Assembly: GCA_963762255.1 (NCBI GenBank)
Contig: CAVXKA010000001.1
Span: 448,001-512,000 of the forward strand
Source of the DNA: Candidatus Eiseniibacteriota bacterium
GTDB lineage: Bacteria > Eisenbacteria > RBG-16-71-46 > JABDJR01
Length of the DNA stretch: 64,000 bases
Direction: 5' to 3'
In this document: in pieces, positions 1 to 8,529 of the stretch
How the letters are laid out: each line of letters begins with the position of its first letter
How positions within the stretch are numbered: position 1 is the first letter of the stretch
Made by a program: the position numbers and the translations under genes
Notes under the pieces: model-generated
The model's input: only the letters and a program-made list of their open reading frames with translations
The model's database searches: none
Told to the model about the DNA's origin: nothing

Positions 1-252
1 GTCGATCTCGGCCACACGTTGGTGCGATTGAACCGGCTCGACGAGGCGGAGACGCTCTTCCGAAGCGCCCTGGCGATGAACCCCAACGAGGTCAACGCGC
101 ACTTCGGGTTGGGTCTGGCGGCGGCGACGCGCGGCGATCTCGCAACGGCGGCGGCGGAATTCCGTCGCACCCTGGACCTCGATCCCGGGCACGTTTCGGC
201 GGCCCAGAACCTGCAAGCGGTGGAGCGAGCCCTGGGCGCCTCGCCGCGTTGA
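1..252 (+). CDS. TPR-repeat protein, C-terminal part (5' end outside window)
   Basis: Frame open from base 1; TPR patterns (AETLFRSALAMNPN, AHFGLG, FRRTLDLDPGH). Confidence 0.85.
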   Translation, partial: VDLGHTLVRLNRLDEAETLFRSALAMNPNEVNAHFGLGLAAATRGDLATAAAEFRRTLDLDPGHVSAAQNLQAVERALGASPR

Positions 253-286
253 CCACCGAGCCGACCGCCGCCAGCTGAGGATCGGA

Positions 287-958
287 TCAGTTCACGTTCC
301 GGTGCCGCACGTCCCGCCCTTCGATGGCGAAGATCACTTCCTCGGCCACGTTGGTGGCGTGGTCGGCCAGTCGCTCCAGATACTTGGAGATGAAGATCAA
401 TCGCGTGGCGCGGCTGATCGTCTTGGCGTCCTCCAGCATGTAGGTCAACAGCTCGCGGAAGACCTGCACGTTCAGCGCGTCCACTTCGTTGTCCGCGACC
501 AGCACGCGCCTGGCCTGCTCGACATCCCCGGTCACGAACGAATCCAGGGCATCCCGGATCATCGTTCGCACCTTCTCCACCATGACGGGCAGGTCGATGT
601 AAGGCTTGAGCTGGGGCTCGGTGTTCAACTCCACCACGCGCTCGGCGATGTTGACCGAGAGATCTCCCATGCGTTCGAGATCGGTGGTCACCTTCAGGGC
701 GGCAACGATGAGGCGCAGATCCCCCGCCGCCGGCTGGCGGAGCGCGATGATCCTGACCGAGAGATCGTCGGACTCCATCTCCATCAGGTCTACATCGTGG
801 TCCCGCCTCTGCACGTCTTCGGCAAGCTGCGAGTCGCGGGTGGTGAGCGCGGTCAGGCTGTCCGCGATCATGGCCTCCACGAACCCGCCCATCGTGAGAA
901 TCTTCTTCTTGAGTTCCAGAAGTTCGGCATCGAACTCCTGGCGCACGACTCGCGTCAC
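287..958 (-). CDS. phoU: Phosphate signalling complex protein PhoU
   Basis: C-terminal part of ORF 287..1570; GTG at 958 overlaps the pstB TAG; motifs RQPAAGDLR, DLERMGD, KYLERLADHATNVAE. Confidence 0.95.
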   Translation of the reverse strand: MTRVVRQEFDAELLELKKKILTMGGFVEAMIADSLTALTTRDSQLAEDVQRRDHDVDLMEMESDDLSVRIIALRQPAAGDLRLIVAALKVTTDLERMGDLSVNIAERVVELNTEPQLKPYIDLPVMVEKVRTMIRDALDSFVTGDVEQARRVLVADNEVDALNVQVFRELLTYMLEDAKTISRATRLIFISKYLERLADHATNVAEEVIFAIEGRDVRHRNVN

Positions 959-1713
959 TAGCCGAACCTCCCTGTGATGTAGTCCTCGGTGCTCTTCTGC
1001 TGCGGGTTGGTGAAGAGCTGCTTGGTGGGGGCAAACTCGATGAGTTCCCCCATGTAGAAGTAGCCGGTCATGTCGGAGACCCGCGCCGCCTGCTGCATGT
1101 TGTGGGTCACGATGACCACGGTGTAGTGCTGCTTCAGGCGTTGGATGGTCTCTTCGACCTCCGCGGTGGAGATGGGGTCGAGCGCCGAGGCCGGTTCGTC
1201 CATGAGAAGGACGTCCGGGTTCACGGCCAGCGCGCGCGCGATGCACACCCGCTGTTGCTGGCCGCCCGACAACGAGAGCGCGGACTCGTTCAATCGGTCC
1301 TTCACCTCGTCCCACATGGCCGCCCGCCGCGCGGACTCTTCGACGATCTCGGCCAGCTTGGCCCTGTTCCTGGTTCCGTTCACCCGCGGCCCGTAGGCGA
1401 TGTTCTCGAAGATCGACTTGGGGAAGGGGTTCGACTTCTGAAACACCATCCCCACCCGCCGCCGCAGGTTCACCACGTCGACCCCGCGGGCGTAGATATC
1501 TTCGCCGTCGATGCGGACCTCGCCCTCGATCCGCACGCCGTCGATGAGATCGTTCATGCGGTTGAAGCAACGGAGAAAGGTGGACTTGCCGCAGCCGGAA
1601 GGGCCGATCAGAGCGGTCACGCGGTTGCGGGGCACCTCCATGGAGACGCGCTTCAAGGCCTGCTTCGTCCCGTACCAGAGATCGAGGTTGCGCGTAGTGA
1701 TCTGGATATCCAT
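958..1713 (-). CDS. pstB: Phosphate ABC transporter ATPase PstB
   Basis: Starts MDIQITT at ATG 1713; Walker [36 protein letters not shown], ends DYITGRFG. Confidence 0.97.
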   Translation of the reverse strand: MDIQITTRNLDLWYGTKQALKRVSMEVPRNRVTALIGPSGCGKSTFLRCFNRMNDLIDGVRIEGEVRIDGEDIYARGVDVVNLRRRVGMVFQKSNPFPKSIFENIAYGPRVNGTRNRAKLAEIVEESARRAAMWDEVKDRLNESALSLSGGQQQRVCIARALAVNPDVLLMDEPASALDPISTAEVEETIQRLKQHYTVVIVTHNMQQAARVSDMTGYFYMGELIEFAPTKQLFTNPQQKSTEDYITGRFG

Positions 1714-1715
1714 TG

Positions 1716-2573
1716 CTAGTGCGCCGTCATCTTGCGGAAACGGTTGCGCAGAAATACCGCGGCGAGGTTGAGCACCGTCACGAGCATGAGCAGCACGACC
1801 GCGGTGCCATAGGCCATGGGTCGCGACTTCTCGATCTGCGTCCCCGAGGTCGCGATGACGTAGAGATGATAGGGAAGCGCCATCACCTGGTCGAGGAGCG
1901 AATGGGGCAGACGCGGCAGGAAATAGGCGGCGGCGGTGAAGAGGATGGGCGCGGTCTCGCCCGCTACGCGGCCCACCGAGAGAATGGATCCGGTGAGGAT
2001 TCCCGAGGCCGCGGCCGGAAGCACCACGCGCCGCACCGTCTGCCACTGCGTCGCGCCCAGCGCCAGCGACGCCTCGCGGTAGGACTTCGGCACCGTCTTC
2101 AGCGCCTCTTCGGTGGTGCGGATGATGACGGGCAGCGCCACCAGGGCCAGCGTGAGCCCGCCGGCGAGGATCGACGTTCCGAACCCGAGCCCCTTCACGA
2201 AGAGAGCCATGCCGAAAAGCCCGAACACCACCGAGGGCACGCCGGCCAGGTTGTTGGTTGCGAGCCGGATGGCGCGCTTCAGCAATCCTTCCTTGGCGTA
2301 CTCGTTGAGGTAGATCGCGGAGAGCACGCCGAGCGGGAGCGAAACCGCTACCGCCACCGCGGTGAGAAGAAGCGTGCCTACGATCGCGGGGAGGATACCC
2401 CCTTCCGTCATCCCCTCGCGCGGCATCTGGGAGAGGAACGGCCAGGAGAATGCGGTTGCCGCGCCGCGACTCAGCAGGAACCAGAGAATGATCGCGAGAA
2501 GCCCGACAATGACCAGGCTGTTGAGCCGGAGCAGGTTGAAGAAGACTTGCTCCTGGCGGAGCCGGCTGTCCAT
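1716..2573 (-). CDS. pstA: Phosphate ABC transporter permease PstA
   Basis: [45 protein letters not shown]; pst operon position. Confidence 0.95.
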   Translation of the reverse strand: MDSRLRQEQVFFNLLRLNSLVIVGLLAIILWFLLSRGAATAFSWPFLSQMPREGMTEGGILPAIVGTLLLTAVAVAVSLPLGVLSAIYLNEYAKEGLLKRAIRLATNNLAGVPSVVFGLFGMALFVKGLGFGTSILAGGLTLALVALPVIIRTTEEALKTVPKSYREASLALGATQWQTVRRVVLPAAASGILTGSILSVGRVAGETAPILFTAAAYFLPRLPHSLLDQVMALPYHLYVIATSGTQIEKSRPMAYGTAVVLLMLVTVLNLAAVFLRNRFRKMTAH

Positions 2574-2574
2574 G

Positions 2575-3753
2575 TCACTCCGCCTGCCGGTAGCGCGCGC
2601 TTACCAGATCCGCCACGAGGTTGATGAGAAACGTGATGACGAAGAGCACGATCCCGATGGCGAAGAGCGTCATGTAATGATCGCCCCCCTGCGGAGCCTC
2701 GCCGAGTTCGGCGGCGATCGTGGCGGTGAGCGTGCGCACCGGCACCAGGAGGCTCTTGGGAATCTGCGCCGCGTTTCCGGTGACCATGAGTACGGTCATC
2801 GTCTCCCCGACCGCGCGCCCCACGCCGAGCATCGCCGCCGCGGTGACGCCGGAGAGCGCGGCCGGCACGACCACGCGGACGATCGTCTGCCAGCGGGTCG
2901 CACCCAGGGCGAGCGAGGCCTCGCGATAGGAGCGAGGCACGGCGCCGAGCGCGTCCTCGGAGACGGTGACGATGGTGGGCAGCGACATGATCGCGAGCAT
3001 GATGATGCCGGCGAGCGCGGTCTCTCCGACGTTGAGATCGAAGAGTCGCTGAATGAACGGCACGACCACCACAAGGCCGAAGAAGCCGAACACCACGGAG
3101 GGGATGCCGGCGAGCACTTCGATGGTGGGTTTGAGGATCGCGCGCACGGTGGGGTGCGCGACCTCGGAGAGATAGACCGCTCCCGCCAGCCCCACCGGAA
3201 GCGCCACCACGATCGCGCCCAGGGTCACGAGCAGGCTTCCCAGGATCAGGGCGAGGATGCCGAACTGCGGGGCGGGCTCGGCGGTCGGATACCACGCCGA
3301 CCCGGTGAGGAAGCTCCACAGCGTGATGGGGGGAACCCGAACGCGTTCGACCGCGGCGGCAGCGGCCGGAGCCTCTTCGAGCTCGTCCTCGAACACCGAC
3401 GCCACGCTTCCCTCGGTGCGCGCCACCAGCTCGACGAGCGTCTTCACGTCCTCCTGCGCGTCGAGGTCGTCGTAGTTGAGATAGGCGATGGGAAGCGGAG
3501 CGCCCCCCAACTCCGACCAGTCCGTGATCTTCCGCTCGGAGACGCTGCGCAATTGCGGGCCTGTGATCGTACTCACACCGACGCCCGAATGCGCGACCAG
3601 CACGTGCCCGTACTCGAGCGGCGTCCGGCCGATAATCCCCGCGCCTTCCTTGAACAGGAAGCCGATGATGAGGAGGATCGTTGCCGAGGAGACGAGGGCG
3701 GCTCCGAAGAGCACTCCCCGCATCCCCCGATCGGCGAGCTTACGAAAGGTCAC
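2575..3753 (-). CDS. pstC: Phosphate ABC transporter permease PstC with a PstS-like periplasmic insert
   Basis: [42 protein letters not shown]; ~100 aa soluble insert after TM1. Confidence 0.93.
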   Translation of the reverse strand: MTFRKLADRGMRGVLFGAALVSSATILLIIGFLFKEGAGIIGRTPLEYGHVLVAHSGVGVSTITGPQLRSVSERKITDWSELGGAPLPIAYLNYDDLDAQEDVKTLVELVARTEGSVASVFEDELEEAPAAAAAVERVRVPPITLWSFLTGSAWYPTAEPAPQFGILALILGSLLVTLGAIVVALPVGLAGAVYLSEVAHPTVRAILKPTIEVLAGIPSVVFGFFGLVVVVPFIQRLFDLNVGETALAGIIMLAIMSLPTIVTVSEDALGAVPRSYREASLALGATRWQTIVRVVVPAALSGVTAAAMLGVGRAVGETMTVLMVTGNAAQIPKSLLVPVRTLTATIAAELGEAPQGGDHYMTLFAIGIVLFVITFLINLVADLVSARYRQAE

Positions 3754-3760
3754 TGCACTC

Positions 3761-4843
3761 TCAGAGCTTGACCGTCCACTGGGTCACGAGCTCGTCGTCG
3801 GCCTCTTTCCCCTCGGCCTCGTACTCGGTGTGCACGAGGTTGACCTGCCAGCGGAAATTGGGGCTGAACACCTTGGCGATCTGTCCGGTGACGAGGAGCC
3901 GTCCGTCGTCGTCGAGATCGGTGTTCGGATCGAACTGCTCCACGCGAGCCCCGGGCTGCCACCCGCTCGCGGTGAGGTAGACCGCTTCGCCGAAGACACC
4001 CAGGAAGGTGGGCGCCTCGAAGTTGACGTGGTGCTTCGCCACGGTCGGCGTTGCCACGGCCTCGTAGTTGTCGCCCCCGAGGACCTCGCCGACGAACTGC
4101 AGCTTGCCGCGCTGGAACAGGACATCCCCGCCCCAGACCGCGAAACTCTTGCCGCTCTCGGTGGTGTCCCCCGCCGAGGCCTCGAGCACATCCAACCGAT
4201 TCATGGCCACGTTGGCGCCCAGCGTGAGTCCGGTCACCGGAGTGACCTCACCGCGGCCGACGATCTGCTTCCCCTGGTTCGTGTCCGCCTTGTACCCTGC
4301 ACCGGTCCCGTTGACCACGGCGAGGTTGAGGAGGACCGGAACGTCGAACTCCCAGAGGTCGGCGGTGGCCATGACCCCCAGATCGTAGGAGGAGGCGAAG
4401 AGCTTCTTCTCCAGTACCCCGTTCACGTAGGCCCGCTCGATCAAGTTGAGATCGGACGAGGGCATCACGAACTCCGAGGTGCTGAACGGCTTCTTGAAGC
4501 TCCCCATCATGACCGAGAAGGCCGGGTAATCGGCCTTCCACGGCGTCCACTCGAGATAGGCGTCCAGGAGTTCGACTTTGTCCGGCACCGCGTTCACCTG
4601 GAGGCGACCCTTGACGTTCGGCGCGATCGCGGATGTGAGGTAGAACCTCGCCCGCCGGACGCTGAAGCCGTTCTCGTCGGCGCGGTCACCCGACAGCACG
4701 TAGTCATAGCGCGGCTGAAGATAAAACTTGATCTCGAACGATTCCGGGCTGTAGCCATACTTCTGCTCGGTAGGCGCCGCGCCCGCCACTTGCGCCGCGA
4801 TGACGCCGACGGCCAAGACGGCCAGCAGCACTCTGCTTCTCAC
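3761..4843 (-). CDS. Phosphate-selective porin (OprO/OprP-like beta-barrel)
   Basis: Signal peptide; FSVRRAR, LLDAYLEW, GSFKKPFS..E motifs; lies inside the pst operon. Confidence 0.8.
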   Translation of the reverse strand: MRSRVLLAVLAVGVIAAQVAGAAPTEQKYGYSPESFEIKFYLQPRYDYVLSGDRADENGFSVRRARFYLTSAIAPNVKGRLQVNAVPDKVELLDAYLEWTPWKADYPAFSVMMGSFKKPFSTSEFVMPSSDLNLIERAYVNGVLEKKLFASSYDLGVMATADLWEFDVPVLLNLAVVNGTGAGYKADTNQGKQIVGRGEVTPVTGLTLGANVAMNRLDVLEASAGDTTESGKSFAVWGGDVLFQRGKLQFVGEVLGGDNYEAVATPTVAKHHVNFEAPTFLGVFGEAVYLTASGWQPGARVEQFDPNTDLDDDGRLLVTGQIAKVFSPNFRWQVNLVHTEYEAEGKEADDELVTQWTVKL

Positions 4844-4904
4844 GAATGGTTCCTCCCCTGAAGGTGGTCACTCGATGCAACGGAAACAAGCCGCTAGCCT
4901 ACCA

Positions 4905-5732
4905 CTAGGACACGGGCTTGATCGGTACATAGCCCACGTCTTGCACGAGCTTCTGACCTTCAGGGGACAGAATGAAATCGATGAACGCCTTGGTCTCGCC
5001 CTTGGGCGCGCCGTTGGTGTAGTAGTACAGATCGCGGGCGATCGGGTAACTGCCGTCGAGGGCCGCCTGCGTCGAGGCCTGCACGTAGGGGGCCTTGGCA
5101 TCCTTGGCCACCGCCAGGGGGCGCACGCCGTCGGTCAGGTAGGCCATCCCGATGTACCCTATTGCGCCCTTCGTCTGACTGATCGACTGCACGATAGCGC
5201 CGGTGGCGGGGGCGAGAAGGGCGGCGGCGGTGTACTCGTTGTTGCCCATCACGTGCTCCCGGAAGAACGCGTAGGTTCCGCTCGATGACTCTCGCGAGTA
5301 CACCACGATGGGCATGTTCGAGCCGCCCACGTCCTTCCAGTTGCTGATAACTCCGGTGAAGATGTCGCTGAGTTGCTGCATGGTCAGCTTCTGGACCGGG
5401 TTCTCCGGGTGCACCACGACGGTGAGCGCGTCCCTCGCGATGACGACATCGGTGACCGCCACGCCCTTCTGCTTGGCCTGACGCTCCTCTTTCGTCTTGA
5501 TCTCCCGCGACGACTGCGCGATATCGCAGGTGCCGTCGATGAGGCCGGCGATCCCGACGCCCGACCCCCCGCCGATTACGGAGATCGAGGCCTTCGCGTT
5601 CTTCTGCAGGAACACTTCCGCTTCCTTCTGGGAGAGCGGCAAAAGGGTATCCGAGCCCTTCACCACCACACCGGCCCACACCGGCGCGGCGGCAAGAACC
5701 GCGGCAAGAATGAATCCAGCAAGTATGCGCAT
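4905..5732 (-). CDS. pstS: Phosphate ABC transporter substrate-binding protein PstS
   Basis: Signal peptide; KGSDT, GGGSGVG, SRESSSGT, YPIARDLYYY. Confidence 0.95.
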   Translation of the reverse strand: MRILAGFILAAVLAAAPVWAGVVVKGSDTLLPLSQKEAEVFLQKNAKASISVIGGGSGVGIAGLIDGTCDIAQSSREIKTKEERQAKQKGVAVTDVVIARDALTVVVHPENPVQKLTMQQLSDIFTGVISNWKDVGGSNMPIVVYSRESSSGTYAFFREHVMGNNEYTAAALLAPATGAIVQSISQTKGAIGYIGMAYLTDGVRPLAVAKDAKAPYVQASTQAALDGSYPIARDLYYYTNGAPKGETKAFIDFILSPEGQKLVQDVGYVPIKPVS

Positions 5733-5792
5733 CGTGTCGAGCCTCCTCTAGCGTTGGAGAACTGTGATTGCGCAAGACCGTACGCCCCGTTT

Positions 5793-5821
5793 GTGACAAC
5801 TCGGCGACGGGGATATGAGGA
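5793..5821 (-). promoter_or_regulatory. Candidate Pho box upstream of pstS
   Basis: Minus strand TCCTCAT-atcc-CCGTCGC-cgag-TTGTCAC, three half-sites at 11-bp period, followed after 10 bp by a -10-like TACGGT. Confidence 0.6.
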
Positions 5822-5868
5822 TTCAGGGACGATCCGTGCGCAAAGTTAATTTGTTGCGTAGTAATTGG

Positions 5869-7647
5869 TTACGCGCCAGGAACCGCCGCCGGCAGGGTGA
5901 AATAGAACAGCGCGCCTCCCTCGGGAGCGTCCTCCACCCCCACGTCTCCGCCGTGGAGCAGGACCGTGTGCTTGACGATGGCCAGCCCCAGCCCCGAGCC
6001 GCCCTCTTCGGAGGAGCGCCCGGTGTCGATCCGGTAGAACCTCTCGAAGACGCGCTCGCGCAGATCGCGCGGCACGCCGGGACCGTGATCGAGCACCTCG
6101 AACCGCACGAACCCGTTTCGCCGGACGGCGCGCACGCGCACGATGGAGCCCGGCGGGCTCACCCGGACCGCGTTATCGAGAAGGTTGAGCAGAACCGTCT
6201 CCAGTCCGTGGCGATCCGCCATCACCGCCGGCAGCGAGTCCGCTTGCTCCTTCTCCAGGCGAATGCCGCGCTCTTCGGCGCGAGGTCCGAGGGTTTCGAC
6301 CACCTGATTCAGCATCGCGTCCACGACCAGCGGCTCCAGAACGAGCTTCGCCTGCGCGGACTCGAGTTCGGCGAGCCGGGACAGATCCCGCACCAGCCGC
6401 TCGAGACGCCGCCCGTTGCGGGCGATCACGGCGAGGAACCGGGCGCGCTCCTCGGCGGATAGATCCTCCGCATGCTCCAACGTCTCCAGGTAGCCGAGGA
6501 TCGCCGATAGCGGCGTGCGCAGCTCGTGCCCGATGTTGGCCACCATCTCGCGTCGCGCGGACTCCAGCCGCCGCAGGCGAGAAACGTCATGCAGCACGAT
6601 CACGATCCCGCTTTCGAGCGGCACCAGCGTCACGTTGAGCGTGTGTCGCTCCGGCTCCAGGACCCGAAGCTCGACGGTCTCCGCGCGGTCCTGCGCCAGC
6701 ACGCGATCCACCGCCTGCTGCAGCTCGGCGCTGCGCACCGCCTCGACCGGCGTCCTCCCCACCAGATCGTCCCCGCTGCCGAGCAGGTTTCGCGCGGCGG
6801 CGTTGGCCAGCGTGATCCGTCCGGCGGCATCCAGGGCGAGGATGCCGTCGGGCATCCCCTGCAAGAGGCGCTCGAGCCGCAGCCGCTCGATCTCGACGGC
6901 AAGAATCTCGTGCCGCAACGAGTCGGCCAGGTGGTTCACCGCCGACGCGAGTTCCTGCACCTCCGCGGCGCCGCGCGGCTCTACGCGTCGATCCAGCGCC
7001 CCGTCGGCGATCAGGCGCGTCTCCGCGCTGAGCTGGGCCACCGGACGCGTGATGCGCCGCGCCGCCACGGTGCCGAGCAGTGCGGAGAATCCGAGCGCTC
7101 CCAGCACCACCGCGATCAATCGCCCAAGACCGCGGTTTTGCTCGGCGATCACCCGCGTCATGGGAAGCGCCGCGCGGGCCGCGCCGAGGGGCCGCACCGC
7201 CGGCCCCCAACGCACCGCGACATAAGCCATCGGCGTCTTGAGCGTCGGGCTCTGGCGGGACGAGCGCCCCACACCGCGCTCCAGCGCCGCCATGACTTCC
7301 GGGCGCTCCCGATGGTTCTCCATCGCCTGCACGTCCGCGGCGGCCACTCCGGATTCCGCAAGCACGGCTCCGCCCGCGTCGATCACGGTGAGACGCATGC
7401 CGGTCTCGCGGTGGAGAAGTCGCACGAGCCTGTCGCACTCCCCGCGTAGCCGCGCGGGATCGGCGAGCACGCTGTCACCCGCGGCGGGCAGGAGCGCGGC
7501 CAGCACGCGCGCCTGATCGAGCAGGCGGTCGTCCAGCTCCTGGCGACGCTCGCGATGCAACTCGACGTTCCACAAGAGCGTGACCGCCCCCAGCGCCACG
7601 AGGCTCACCGCAAACGAGAGCAGGGCCAGGCGCGCGTGGATTCGCAT
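5869..7647 (-). CDS. phoR: Phosphate regulon sensor histidine kinase PhoR (HAMP-PAS-HisKA-HATPase)
   Basis: Two TMs; H-box GHELRTPL; NLLDNA, DHGPG, FERFYRID, GGSGLGLAIVKH; adjacent to phoB and pst. Confidence 0.9.
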   Translation of the reverse strand: MRIHARLALLSFAVSLVALGAVTLLWNVELHRERRQELDDRLLDQARVLAALLPAAGDSVLADPARLRGECDRLVRLLHRETGMRLTVIDAGGAVLAESGVAAADVQAMENHRERPEVMAALERGVGRSSRQSPTLKTPMAYVAVRWGPAVRPLGAARAALPMTRVIAEQNRGLGRLIAVVLGALGFSALLGTVAARRITRPVAQLSAETRLIADGALDRRVEPRGAAEVQELASAVNHLADSLRHEILAVEIERLRLERLLQGMPDGILALDAAGRITLANAAARNLLGSGDDLVGRTPVEAVRSAELQQAVDRVLAQDRAETVELRVLEPERHTLNVTLVPLESGIVIVLHDVSRLRRLESARREMVANIGHELRTPLSAILGYLETLEHAEDLSAEERARFLAVIARNGRRLERLVRDLSRLAELESAQAKLVLEPLVVDAMLNQVVETLGPRAEERGIRLEKEQADSLPAVMADRHGLETVLLNLLDNAVRVSPPGSIVRVRAVRRNGFVRFEVLDHGPGVPRDLRERVFERFYRIDTGRSSEEGGSGLGLAIVKHTVLLHGGDVGVEDAPEGGALFYFTLPAAVPGA

Positions 7648-8330
7648 CAGGCGCGGAACCGATAGCCCACGCCGCGCACGGTTTCGATGGCGTCCGCGCC
7701 GGCGCCGAGTTTGGATCGCAGCCGTTTCACGTGGGTGTCGACGGTGCGGTCGGTCACGAACACGTCGGCCCCCCAGACGTTGTCGAGCAGTGCCTCGCGG
7801 TTCAAGACCCGGCCGGGGCGATCCATGAAGAACGCCAGTAGATTGAACTCCGTCGGCGTGAGGACCAGCGCTTCGCCGCCCACCGTGACCTCGTGCCGGC
7901 CCCGATCCAATTGGATGCCGCCTCGCTGGACGACCTTCTCTTCGCTGTGCCCGTCCGGTGTCGCACGCCGAAGCAGCGCTTTCACCCGAAGCGTGAGTTC
8001 GCGCGGGCTGAAGGGCTTCACCACGTAGTCCTCGGCGCCCAACTCGAAACCGACGACGCGATCCACTTCCTCGCCGCGAGCGGTCAGGAAGATCACCGGG
8101 ATCGAAGCGGTGGCCGCGTCCTGGCGGAGCTTGCGCAGGATGTCGGTGCCCTGGACGTCGGGGAGCATGATGTCGAGGAGGATGAGATCGGGGCGCTTCT
8201 CCGCGGCCAGTCGCGCCCCCTCGGAGCCGCGCGCCGCGGTCAACACGTCGAAGCCCGCCGCCTTCAGGTGGTGGGCGATCAGATCGAGCAGGTCGCGTTC
8301 ATCGTCGATCACGAGCACGGTCTGCGGCAT
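7647..8330 (-). CDS. phoB: OmpR-family response regulator PhoB
   Basis: REC (LLDIMLPD, KPFSPREL) plus winged helix (RTVDTHVKRLR, ETVRGVGYR); TAGAAT 9 bp upstream of the ATG. Confidence 0.9.
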   Translation of the reverse strand: MPQTVLVIDDERDLLDLIAHHLKAAGFDVLTAARGSEGARLAAEKRPDLILLDIMLPDVQGTDILRKLRQDAATASIPVIFLTARGEEVDRVVGFELGAEDYVVKPFSPRELTLRVKALLRRATPDGHSEEKVVQRGGIQLDRGRHEVTVGGEALVLTPTEFNLLAFFMDRPGRVLNREALLDNVWGADVFVTDRTVDTHVKRLRSKLGAGADAIETVRGVGYRFRA

Positions 8331-8381
8331 GACGTCCGCATTCTAGGGCAAGCCCGCGCGAGGCGACAGCGCGGGGAGCGA

Positions 8382-8399
8382 TCGTCACCAAGATGTCAC
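8382..8399 (+). promoter_or_regulatory. Candidate Pho box in the phoB / helicase divergent region
   Basis: TCGTCAC-caag-ATGTCAC, 11-bp direct repeat resembling CTGTCAY. Confidence 0.55.
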
Positions 8400-8529
8400 C
8401 GGCGGCCCGGCTTGGCCGGAGCCGAGCGCACGGTCCGTCACCCGGCTTGGCCGGCGCGGCCACTGCGGGTATACTAAACATCCGTTTCCTATCGCGCCGC
8501 CGAACCGAACGCCCCGGAGGGTTTGACGC

